DNA from: Blepharisma stoltei ATCC 30299
Taxonomy: Eukaryota; Protista; Ciliophora
Assembly: GCA_965603825.1 (NCBI GenBank)
Contig: CBFDEM010000053.1
Location: forward strand, 310,001-374,000
Direction: 5' to 3'
DNA: 64,000 nt
The position numbers and the translations under genes were made by a program. The notes beneath the pieces were generated by a model. It searched no databases. It had not been told where the DNA came from and was given only the letters and a program-made list of their open reading frames with translations. Below, piece after piece: positions 51,911 through 62,696 of this stretch (position 1 is the stretch's first letter; every line of letters begins with the position of its first letter).

Positions 51911-52463
51911 TGTTTCTGATAGATTATCCACCTTTTACCTAATTTCCTGACACGAGGGGATCCAGTATCTTTTACAAAATAGGGCAAACGCTTATTTGGA
52001 TTGCACAGAGCTCATAGCTGGATTCGAAGTTTATCTCTGATGAGAGCTCATAAAAATGACTAGCAAAAGTCAGAATGAATTTCTAAATCCTATGAGCAGA
52101 TCTTAAGAGCGGCATCTGCCAAGCTAGACGCTGGGAGTTTCGCCTCAGATCACATGCCTAATGTCTCCAGCAGAATTAGAATTCAAGATTGATTGTGCTT
52201 ACCTTGTCATGCAGGAGAGGAGAGCGCCTATTTAGCTATAAATTTTTCCCATGATTTGGCGAAATGGCGCATTTCATGGGAAAACTTATGCCTAGGCCTC
52301 CGGTCGCACCATATGATTAATCAAATCTTAGAAAATTTTGGATCTTTATCATAATCCCCAAAATTAAAAATTTCATCATTATAAAAGCAGGAAACTAGAT
52401 AAATAGTATTTGAGAAATATATAGGTATTACAATAATTTTTATTTAAATTGTTATCGGACACA
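51911..52463. mobile_element. 553-bp TGT...ACA insertion element (MITE or solo-LTR-like)
   Basis: Absent from the paralogous spacer near 50120-50135; imperfect terminal IR TGTTTCTGATAG / TGTGTCCGATAA (9/12); AAAAA on both flanks; GC-richer interior. Confidence 0.6.
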
Positions 52464-52542
52464 AAAAAGTGAGTGTTTAACTCCTTGCTAATAATTTCGT
52501 ATATAGCTGCATAAATTGAGCATGGGATTAAAAAATAAAATT

Positions 52543-53655
52543 TTAATAATATTTAATATCTTTCATCATTTTAAATGTTTTGGATTTTAATTCAAATCTA
52601 TAAACCCGAAGTCCACTTCCAGAAGACATTGTGACAAAAACAGAGTCATTCCTGTACTTTTTGAAAGGAACTTCAAAAAATCTGAAATTGAATTTTCCAA
52701 TCTTTTGCCAAACATATTCGTTATCAATTTCGCTCTCATGAAGAAAGCTACTGCTCTCAAAGATATATGCTCTTGAACTGGCCGAAATAATTCCAACGCC
52801 GCCTCATGATGGTATAATTTGTAAGTCTATAATTGAGTAACTTTCAATTTCAAAGTCATATTTAAATATCTTACCTTCGCAGTTTGCAACAAACAATATA
52901 CATTTTTTAAAAATTTCTAAGCAATATTTTTTATGCTTCACTAAAATTGAAGGTAATTTCATTCACTTATCTTTTAGTAAGTCAAATTTAATTGCTAAAT
53001 GCTTTGTAGGGCGACTTCCAAAAACATAAATAGAATTTTCATAATAAACGCATGTAGGGTAATTTAATAAATGCACATTAGGTAAATATCTTTTAACTGT
53101 AAAAGATTTTAAATCAATAATGTAGCTGCTATTACATGCTATTTCTCTATTATTGAAATGATAGAAGAGCTCAGAGCTGGGAAGTTGGGTGAGGCATGAT
53201 CCGCTATGCTTTACACCAATTTCAAAATCTATATTTATTTTATTTCATTTTCGAGCTTTGATGTCATACAAGCCAAAATAATAAGTCTTTTTTGTTCCTC
53301 TGGAATTAAAATAGTATATCAACCTTGAGTCAAAATCCAATTGCTCGTTAAATTCATAAAATTTATTAGAAATTTCATTTATTTCATTTTCCAAGTTAAA
53401 ACACTGCGCAGCAACATCGCTATTAACTTCACATACATATTTTAATTCATTGTCAAATATCTTTAACTTTTCTATCTCTTCCTGGAGCAAAAGCACTTTT
53501 TTATGAACCTCTTTTGAGTTATAGCAATTTAAAAATCTTGATGAGTAATCTGCCAATAATTTTTCGAGTTTTTCTTTAATTTCTATAAGTTTTTTATTCC
53601 TCTCTTCAATTATACTATATGAATTTTCAAGATCTGATCTTTTCCGTTTAAGCAT
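52543..53655 (-). CDS. Coiled-coil + kelch-like propeller protein, copy D (370 aa)
   Basis: Close paralog of B and C; start and stop in the same frame with TGA=W. Confidence 0.85.
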
Positions 53656-54599
53656 TTTATTTTTATAAATAGCTTATTAATCGCATTTTTCTACATAATT
53701 GCAAATAAAATCAAACAATTTTTTTAACTGTAAAAGTATTTTGGGATGCTAAAAGAATGAAGATTTAAAATTCGCTTACATTAAATACTTATTGGTATAA
53801 AGTGTACATTAGTGTATTTATTAAATTTTATAGAATAGCTAATAAATTTATTATTTAAATTTTTATTAAAATTATTAGTCTAATATTTTTTATTGACCCT
53901 TAAAATATTCACTATTTAATATGATTCATTTTTGCCTCATTAAAGTCACCACTGCTTTTATTTAAAATTTGTCAAATCAAATCAGTAAATAGTTAAATCG
54001 CCATCTCTTTAAAATAAATGCAGCTTTTCTCCATATTTCCTAGTATTCAGTTTTCTTATAGTTATTGAAAGTAATTATTATAGGCTATCATCCCTTACTC
54101 TTTCCTTAGCGATAACGCTTACAAGCTTGAAGCTGGCTCTTGACGGGGATAGATCACGAAATAATGGCCGCGATGTTTCACTCTAAACTTAATCTAATTA
54201 TACTTATAGCTGGCTAAAATACTATTATAAGTATAACCAGGCAAGAAATTAGATCTTTCTAGACTGAGGAATCGCTTTTTAACTCCTCGAGTTGGTTTTT
54301 AACTAAAGTTGATGAACTAACTTCGGAGTTGGCAAATGTATCAATATTAGGTTTATTGGCAACTCCTCGAGTTGATTTATTAATTTAATTGGAGAACTAG
54401 CTCGGGAAGATCCCAGCAATTCTCTAGCCCATGATAATCTAGGCTATAAATATGATTAATATCTTTCTACTTTTTATAATAATTCTAATATGCATTTTTT
54501 TTCCAATTCAAATTATTTTATGTGAATTTAATTTTATTGGCAATAATATTTTATTAAAAGCCATACTATTAAATATTAATCGTAAATGTCTAATTTTTT

Positions 54600-55500
54600 A
54601 TTGTATAGAATTTGTAAGGTTAAATTGATATATTTTTGAATCGCTAAGATAATAAAATAAACCTTCATAAAACACTATAATTTATTGAATTAATTTCTTA
54701 ATTGATCTCCAATTTTAGAGAAAATTTCGACATATGAAATCTTTATATTATCACATTTCAGACCAATTATGAATTAATGCAAAAAATTATAATTGAGAAG
54801 ATGAATCAATAAAATCAAATCTTATTGGCTTCTCTCTACAATCGCAAGCATAAGTTCATTCTGATAAAGGATTATCGCATCAGTAAATTTTATGTAAACT
54901 TGCTCTGACTATCAAATAAATTTTATTATTATATTTCATCAATTTTCTTATTCTTCAATGATAAAATTTCTTAAATGGAAAATAATCGGAATATGAATTC
55001 AAATTTATATCATATATAATTAATGCAGCATCTTTTTCAGAAGCAAAAATTATCTTTTGATTAAATCCTGTAGATGATACTGAAAATTTAAAAGGTGGAA
55101 CTGCTATATTAATCCAACAGTCTTTTAAGACTAAATACTTCTTAGCAATTTTTTTTCCTTCAATAAAGTCATATCCAAAAAGAAAAATTGCATCGTCATA
55201 AAAGATAGGTATTAAAAAAGCATTCGCGAGATTCCTTTATATGGGCATCAATAATTTTTATATTAAAATTCTCATCTGCTATAAAAGAGTAACAGCTAAC
55301 TTTCTCAGCAATGTTTTCGAGCATAATTCCATATATTTGATTATTAGGAATCATCTTTAATATTTGAGGTTTTATGCTCTCTGAGCATTTATAGAAGAAA
55401 TCGATAGATTGAATTGACAAATTAAAGCGATCTATGTTGCAAGGTGTCTGCTCTCAATTTACTTTCCAATAATATTTCGATTCGATTTCATTTTGGTCAA
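54600..55500 (-). pseudogene. Degenerate kelch-like propeller gene
   Basis: NFLFGYD, KKYLVLKDCW, IIYDINLNSYS, NNKIYLI; no in-frame ATG at the expected 5' end; stops and a frameshift near the 3' end. Confidence 0.5.
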
Positions 55501-55669
55501 CTTTTTTATTTAACACTTGACTTATCTTATATTTATAAATCGCTTTAGTGTTTAATATTATCAATAAAACTCTTTTTAATAAATTAGAATTGCTAACTTC
55601 CCTTTTGGATGTTTTTTGTCAAGTAATCAATAAATTGTATACAGCGGAAATTATTATTAAACGAGAATT

Positions 55670-55966
55670 ATGTTAAATTCAAATATATCTATAATTTCAA
55701 GCATTGCAACAGAAAGGCGTGGAAGGCCTACGTATCGAAAAGATTATATAGGTTTTTATCATGCAGGCGTGTGGCCTAAGCGTAAAACAATAGGCATGTT
55801 TAATTATTATGCAGTATATGATAATTATCAAAGAGATGTCAAAACTTTCACTTTCACTTTCACTTCTCCAAATATCGAGAGATTTGAAATCATTGAAAAT
55901 GGAGAGTGGAAAAGCATTGGGTCTCCAGAATATGTTTTCGCATATCGGGGTACGGAAAAGATTTAA
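55670..55966 (+). CDS. Stand-alone 98-aa homolog of the C-terminal module of the downstream GTPase (gene or truncated paralog)
   Basis: SIISSIATERRGRP...FNYYAVYDNYQRDV...W...G.P aligns with SIVPSIQTEERQRP...FQYYRVYDTYHRQV...W...G.P. Confidence 0.65.
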   Translation: MLNSNISIISSIATERRGRPTYRKDYIGFYHAGVWPKRKTIGMFNYYAVYDNYQRDVKTFTFTFTSPNIERFEIIENGEWKSIGSPEYVFAYRGTEKI

Positions 55967-56562
55967 TTAATTTAGCTCCTTCTTCTTAAATTTTTATTCA
56001 ATCAAAAATTCTAATGTTCAAAAAGTTATTTCATATTTATAAGAATTTTTAATTATGAACCCAAAATAAGGCAATCCTTGTTATTGATATAGTAAAATGC
56101 AAACGATATCTTTATTTTTATATCAATTAAAGTTATGATGGTTTTCATACTTCACATTGGCTGGATTCTTAACTTAAATATATATATGACAGTTTTATCT
56201 CAAAAATTTTTGATTTATTCTGAATTCACAAAAATATTTATTTTGTAATAGTGCATTATTATATATGTTTTACAGTATTTTTTAACTAAAAATTAAAGAT
56301 GTGAAGGTATTGAATCTCATAATGAATTTTTTCTTAAAGTAAAGACACATAAACTGGAGAGTATTGCAAAATGGATGAACCTGCAAGAGTCCTTGGTGAT
56401 TGCGTAGCCAATGCCCGACGCACCTATGTATTGACTAAATTAAGATTAAGAACTTTATTTAGACATTTTTATTTCAAAAAAATCTAAATATGTAGAGTTG
56501 GCATGATTCTACAATAATTATTAACAAAAATTTCTTAAGATTATTGAAATAATAATAATAAA

Positions 56563-58035
56563 ATGAGTGAAATGATTGCTGAAGTATTTGCTGAAGTAAA
56601 AGCCAAGCTAAATACCTTCAAAAATAATCTTGACCAAAAGAATCAGAACAATATTCAGAAATCAGTCATTTTATATGGACCCACAGGGAGTGGTAAAACT
56701 ACGCTTTTTCACGCTTTAAATGATGATCAATTGACTATACAGCTTGGAAGCAGAGGTCTTTCATTAAAAGCTGGTGAAAACTCTTTAATCCCTGGAAAAA
56801 TTGGCCAAAATGTAAACTCGGAAACTTCTGAGCCTAATTTATATTACAATCAATCGTCAAAGATTTTATATGTCGATTGCCCAGGACAAGAAGACACCCA
56901 TGGCTGGACTCAAGACCTCGCCAATGCATTTTATAACTTTAGCGTATTTAACTCTTGTCGAAATAAAATACTTTTATATGTCATCAGCGAGCATGAGATA
57001 GCCACAAAAGCAGTTGTATTCCGAAACTCATTAGGACAATTGCTTAGACTATTTGAAAATAACTTTGAAGAGCTCATTAATAACTCGTACTTGATATTTA
57101 CTATGAAGCAAAATATTTCAGATTTTGCATTAGCGCTAAGCGATATTAATATTGATCAAACTTGCATGAATTATATAAGATTTTTGATTGATAATAACAG
57201 AATTATTTCTTTTCCGCATCCGTCTCAGTTTTATGAGAGACAAGTTGCTAATGGAGATTTGGTTCCTAATATCTATAAAAATGAAATTTTAGATAAAATT
57301 GCTGAGTTGCCAGGGATGCGTGAATTGCAAAATTTGAATATTTCAGTTGCAGCTGGAACTCTAATTGCAATTGAAGAGCCTGAAAAGAGCATTAACAGGG
57401 AATTTATTGACTATGTAAATGGGCCAATAAGCTCTGCTATTGAAAATAAAGCAAATGAAATTGTGAATAGTGGGAAAAACCAAAGATTAGCTGCTATTAA
57501 TGTGAGGAACCGATTAATAGCATTTAAAAGCAGCCTAGATGCTCTAAAAAGCTCTCAAGATTACAATACGTTCGTGCAAGCCATTACTTCTTTTGCATCT
57601 CAAAATGGAATACATTTAGCAACAGAAAAGCTTCAAGAAAATTTGAATTTTATAAGCCTATTTCGTCAAATAAAGCCTGGAGCTTTTTCTGATCAAAGTT
57701 TTTTGCAGCTAGCATCTATAATTGCAGATAGAATTAAATCAAAAATCAATGCAGAACCATCTATAGTTCCAAGTATTCAAACAGAAGAGCGCCAAAGGCC
57801 AGGCTTAGAAAGAGAACACTATAACACAACGCATCACTGGCAAGGACCATTCAAACGAACAACAAAGCATCATTTTCAATACTATAGGGTGTATGATACT
57901 TATCATAGGCAGGTAATAAAGCATACATTTACCTTAACTAATAATCAAAGAGTTGAATTTGTTGAAGAAGAACAATGGCAAAAAGTTGGGGCTCCAAGAA
58001 AAGAGAAAGATCATACGGATTGGTGCTTTGCTTAA
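56563..58035 (+). CDS. TRAFAC P-loop GTPase (AIG1/GIMAP/MMR_HSR1-like) with helical middle and beta-rich C-terminal module
   Basis: G1 GPTGSGKTT, G2 SET, G3 DCPG, G4-like FTMK; intronless 490 aa. Confidence 0.85.
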   Translation: MSEMIAEVFAEVKAKLNTFKNNLDQKNQNNIQKSVILYGPTGSGKTTLFHALNDDQLTIQLGSRGLSLKAGENSLIPGKIGQNVNSETSEPNLYYNQSSKILYVDCPGQEDTHGWTQDLANAFYNFSVFNSCRNKILLYVISEHEIATKAVVFRNSLGQLLRLFENNFEELINNSYLIFTMKQNISDFALALSDINIDQTCMNYIRFLIDNNRIISFPHPSQFYERQVANGDLVPNIYKNEILDKIAELPGMRELQNLNISVAAGTLIAIEEPEKSINREFIDYVNGPISSAIENKANEIVNSGKNQRLAAINVRNRLIAFKSSLDALKSSQDYNTFVQAITSFASQNGIHLATEKLQENLNFISLFRQIKPGAFSDQSFLQLASIIADRIKSKINAEPSIVPSIQTEERQRPGLEREHYNTTHHWQGPFKRTTKHHFQYYRVYDTYHRQVIKHTFTLTNNQRVEFVEEEQWQKVGAPRKEKDHTDWCFA

Positions 58036-58286
58036 TAGCCATAGCTAAGTAATTATATTTAAGCTAAGTTAGGTAATAATGCAAGCTTTGAAAAGATAAG
58101 TTATTACTGAAAAATTTGGATTTTTTAGTTAAACTATACAGTTTTTAAAATTAAGAGGTGCATCAAAAAACTCAATTTTCTATCTTCTTGTACGCTAATC
58201 GATATTATCGGATTTATACGCTATGATATAATTTAATTATTGCTCACTCTAGATCAATTACTTCAAAAACTTAGCAAATTTTATTA

Positions 58287-61200
58287 TTAAAGTATAATTT
58301 TCTCTTTATTTAAGTTGAACCATTTTTTTTTATTCAAATCAAATTTATAATAGCTTTCATTCGATAAACCAACAGCTATATATATTGCCCCTTTATTATA
58401 CGAGCAATTCACTTGAGCAGGATGATTGTTGCTGATTCTTGACATTCCTATTTGATTCCATTTATTTGGGTTTGCGATTTCGCTTTCATAGACAAATCCA
58501 CCAAATTCTATTAAATACAGTCTGTCCAAATTTATCAGGATTTTTCTTTTTCTTTGTTCAAATTTAAAGTGAATTTTGGTATATTTATCATAATTAATTG
58601 AGTACCTTAAAATATTGGCATTGATGCTCCCAGCAATTAAAATCTCTCCATTATACACAATGCAGTGGCAATTTAAGTCAGCATCTGGTATAGATTTTAA
58701 GCTGATTCATTTTTGTTTCTCTAAATCAAATCATTCTGCTAATGTTAAGGGGCCATATCTTAATCCTCCAAAGCAGTAAATACGTTTTTCAAAATAGACT
58801 GCTGACGAAAAAGCACAAGGAGTTCCTGGAGGCAGCATTTGAATTTTACAATTTTTATCAATAATCAAGGAAATACCTGAACTTGGATCCTTGCCATAGC
58901 AGAATAAATCGCCGTTTGGAAGCTGGGCTATGCATGTGCCACGATTTAGCTCTTCAGGGATATCCAGTGGATTCATTCGCTCTGTTTCTGTTTCAGTGTC
59001 ATAAATATATAAATCAGTTCGAGTTTCTGGTTTTTTATTAAGGAAATTGACGTTTTCTGATGATATGCATTTACATAGTCTTGATAATCCTGAGCACGCA
59101 GTGGATCAGAATTTAAAGCTTCTTTTAGCTCGTTTTCATACCGTAAGACTGTTCTTCTGAAATCTTCTTCTGTATTTAATGTTATACCTTGGCTTAAAAG
59201 TTGAGAAATTTTAGCTTTTAATTCTTCATTAGGTACTAATCTATTTTCTAAAATTTGGCTAGGCTCAATTTTAGCCTGCGGCCGTAATATAAGATTTGAA
59301 TCTTTTCAAATTAAATATTCATTGATAATTTTAAGCTGATTCTCAAATTCAACTTTGGTCGTTTTTATTGTTTAATTTTAGCTCTGTATCTTTCTTTCAA
59401 GCTTCAAGCTCAATCTTATTCTTTTCTACATCATCTCTTAGACCATTGATAAACTCTTTGGCTTCAGCTAATTGATGATTCTTTTCATCTATTATTTTGC
59501 CTTGCTCCTCATATTTTTCTTCTAACTTTTTAAGCTGAGATCTCATAAAATCTGCCTCATTTCTCTTATTAAGCTCTATTTCTTGTTTTCACTCTTCAAA
59601 TAATTTTATATTTTTTATCAGATCTGTACTTGATTTCTTAAATTCCATTAGATCATTATTCAGTGAATTTATAATTTTATCATACTCCCCAACTTTTTTA
59701 TCAATTTTAAGCAATAAAGGATCATTCTTCTTTTGGAATCCTATTTCTTGTTTAAGAGCTTCAATTTCTTTGTTGACTTTATCAGCACCTCTCATTAGCT
59801 CTGATATTGGTTCTTTTAATTCTTTTGAAAGCTCTGCCGCCGAGTTAATTTTTACATGCTCATCAAATCTATCCAGCATTTCATGAATATGGTTATCAAG
59901 AAAATTTTTATCATTTTCCCTTTGGAGCTTTACTTCTTGCTTGTAATTTTCAATTTCCCGCTCAATTTTTTGAAAATCTCCTTTTGATTCTAAAATAGCA
60001 TCTTTGAATTTCTCTACTTCATTATTGAGCAATAAAGGGACATTCTTTTTTTCGAGTCCTATTTCTTGTTTAAGAGCTTCGATTTCTTTGTTGGCTTTAT
60101 CAGCGCCTCTCATTAGCTCTGATATTGGTCCTTTTAATTCTTTTGAAAGCTCTGCCGTCGAGTTAATTTTCGCATGCTCATCGAATCTATTCAGCATTTC
60201 ATGAATATGGTTATCAAGAAAATTCTTATCATTTTCCCTTTGGAGCTTTATTTCTTGCTTGTAATTTTCAAGTTCCCGTGCAATTTTTTGAAAATCTCCA
60301 TCTAATCGTAAAATAGCATCTTTGAATTTCTCTACTTCATTATTAAGCAATAAAGGGCCATTCTTAAGAGCTTCAATTTCTTTGTTGACTTTATCAGCAC
60401 CTCTCATTAACTCTGATATTGATCCTTTTAATTCTTTTGAAAGCTCTGCCGTTGAGTTAATTTTTACATGCTCATCGAATCGATTAAGCATTTCATGAAT
60501 ATGGTTATCAAGAAAATTTTTATCATTTTCCCTTTGGAGCTTTACTTCTTGCTTGTAATTTTCAATTTCCCGCTCAATTTTTTGAAAATCTCCTTTTGAT
60601 TCTAAAATAGCATCTTTGAATTTCTCTACTTCATTATTAAGCAATAAAGGGACATTCTTTTTTTGGAGTCCTATTTCTTGTTTAAGAGCTTCGATTTCTT
60701 TGTTGGCTTTATCAGCACCCCTCATTAGCTCTGATATTGGTCCTTTTAATTCTTTTGAAAGCTCTGCCGTTGAGTTAATTTGTATACGCTCATCTAATCT
60801 ATTCAGCATTTCATGAATATGGTTATCAAGAAAATTTTTATCGTTTTCCCTTTGAAGCTTTAATTCTTGCTTGTAATTTTCAAGTTCCCGTGTAATTTTT
60901 TGAAAATCTCCTTTTAATTCTAAAATAGCATCCTTGAAATTCTCTGCTTTATTATTCCTTAAATTTTCATTGTTTTTCTCTATGCTAAGGAGTCTATTTT
61001 CTAAAGAAATTTCAAGCTTTTCTTGAATTAGAGATTCAATTCTTTCGCCAATTTCTAGATTTGCTTCAAAAAACGATTTTGCATTATTATAAGAATCTGA
61101 GCTGCCTGGGATTATTGCTTTAGCTTTTTCAAGAGCCATTTCAGGATTTAAAGATAGAAGATTTATAACTGGGTCTTGCTCCAATTTCGATATTTTTTGT

Positions 61201-61553
61201 ATATGAAGAATCTTTTCGCAACAATTTTTTATTTCTGCTGATTCTAACTCTAGCCTTTCCAAAAGCTCACTAAGATTGCTTTTTGAAGTTCATAGATCTT
61301 GGCTAAAAGAAGCTATTAATTTTTTCTTTATTTTGTCCTTTTTAGACATTTCTTTTGAAAAAAACTTGAGAACTGCATCTTTTGTTCCTTCAAATAGTTG
61401 CACAAATACAGGTTCAAAGTTATGGCGCACAGGAGAAGACAAGCAATGCTTTCCAAAGTGCAAGTAGCATGAATAGGTATCTGGAGAAGTGCATGGACAA
61501 GAAAATTCAACTTCAAGCTCGCAGCCTGGCTCAAAGCATTTCCTAACCTCCAT
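58287..61553 (-). pseudogene. B-box-like Zn finger + coiled-coil repeats + kelch-like propeller gene; frame disrupted near 59370-59100
   Basis: C-x4-C-x7-C-x-C-x7-C-x2-H-x3-H N-terminus; TCIAQLPNGDLFCYG, IYCFGG, FVYESE; in-frame TAA 59331-59333 bypassed only by a shifted middle frame. Confidence 0.7.
59710..60938 (-). repeat. Four intragenic tandem repeats of about 294-318 bp (98-106 aa), ABAB higher-order period 612 bp
   Basis: FKDAIL...NDKNFLDNHIHEML...PLLL occurs four times; antisense ORFs at 60004 and 60616 are 612 bp apart. Confidence 0.95.
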
Positions 61554-62136
61554 TTTTTAGGATTCTACATTTTCTTATTTAGCAAAAATTAAATAGTAAT
61601 ACTTATTCAAAAATCCATGCTGATTTATCAAATAAATTTTTTTAATAAATTCTAACTTAACTATTTTTCTTTTGTCTGATTTGATCAAACATGATTAACT
61701 TTTTACATTGCCCTTAAATCAAATTTTAATAGGTTCATACCTAAACTTAGCATTTAGATTTAAAACTTATCAGGGTTAAATTATTTTGGCTCTAGAGCCT
61801 TGATTTTAGATAATAGTGAAGCATTTTTAGGTTTTTATATAGCAATGTTTTGCTTTCTCATTTTGAATATTTCTTATGGTAATTATATCAAGTAAACAAA
61901 ATCTTTACTTTTAATTTAAATTTTTAAAGTGCTGGCTATTGCTTTTAGTTTGTTATCTATCTCCTTTAATTTTAAATTCTAATTTTCCTCGTTTTTGTAG
62001 CCTCTAATTACTAAAATTTTCAATTTTATACTTACTTATGGTAGTCCTATAGTTTTTCTTCACAAATGCTTTCAATATAAATCTGATAAACTCATATATA
62101 AAGTAGCATTTTTGCATGTTAAATAATAATTAACTG

Positions 62137-62622
62137 ATGTATTCTTTCAGCAAAGTTACAAATTATTTATACCTTGGAGACTATAACGCTGCTACAAATC
62201 TCGTGCTTCTTCAACATCACAAAATAACTCACATTCTTACCGTAGGAGATGGAATGACTCCTTGTAATCCTGAGCAATTTCAATGAAAATCAATAAACAT
62301 TGCAGACCTCAGCTCTTGTGACATTTCCCAGCACTTTGACGAATGCAACGATTTTATTGACAAAGCAAACCGTGAAAAAGGTAGAGTCTTAGTCCATTGT
62401 AGCAATGGAGTTTCTAGGGCTCCAACAATAACAATTGCATATCTAATGTACAAAAAACCCTGTGGATTTACCCAAGCTTTTGAGTTCGTCAAAGCAAAAC
62501 ACCCTGATACAGCACCGAATTCAGGATTTTCAGCGCAATTAAGGCAGTATCAGACGTCTATGAATAAATCATCGAAGCATGATTTAACAACTGGAGATGC
62601 GTGCAATTGTAAGCTTTTTTAG
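62137..62622 (+). CDS. Dual-specificity protein phosphatase
   Basis: LYLGD, ITHILTV, VLVHCSNGVSRA, PNSGF; one TGA=W; ends in CaaX-like CKLF. Confidence 0.93.
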
Positions 62623-62696
62623 GGCATTCAGACTTTTTTCTTAATTAAGACTGCATAAAATGTTAATTCAAATTTCAATAAAATTAATATATAGAA

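Larger units (their letters stand above)
48540..54070. repeat. Three-unit tandem duplication (gene plus upstream spacer)
   Basis: Genes B/C/D and the spacer motif CAAATCAAATC..TAAATAGTTAAATC...CTAGTATTCAGTTTT recur near 49833, 51608 and 53973. Confidence 0.9.

Noticed and set aside
52036-52110. Hammerhead ribozyme suggested by CTGATGA followed by a GCTCATA/TATGAGC stem
   Set aside because: The required GAAA after stem II and the stem III/UH cleavage site are not present
54080-54450. AACTCCTCGAGTTG direct repeat (54281, 54361) with hairpin potential, considered as CRISPR-like or ncRNA
   Set aside because: Only two copies, in a eukaryote; the minus strand reads as a decayed coding repeat (NQLEEL twice) with stops, so a pseudogene fragment is simpler
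59325-59340. Euplotes-style +1 ribosomal frameshift at GCT TAA A
   Set aside because: Not the AAA-TAR motif, not established for heterotrichs, the shifted frame already looks more protein-like upstream of the stop, and a second compensating shift would still be needed
60004-60816. Two near-identical 66-aa plus-strand ORFs
   Set aside because: Antisense shadows of the intragenic coiled-coil repeat
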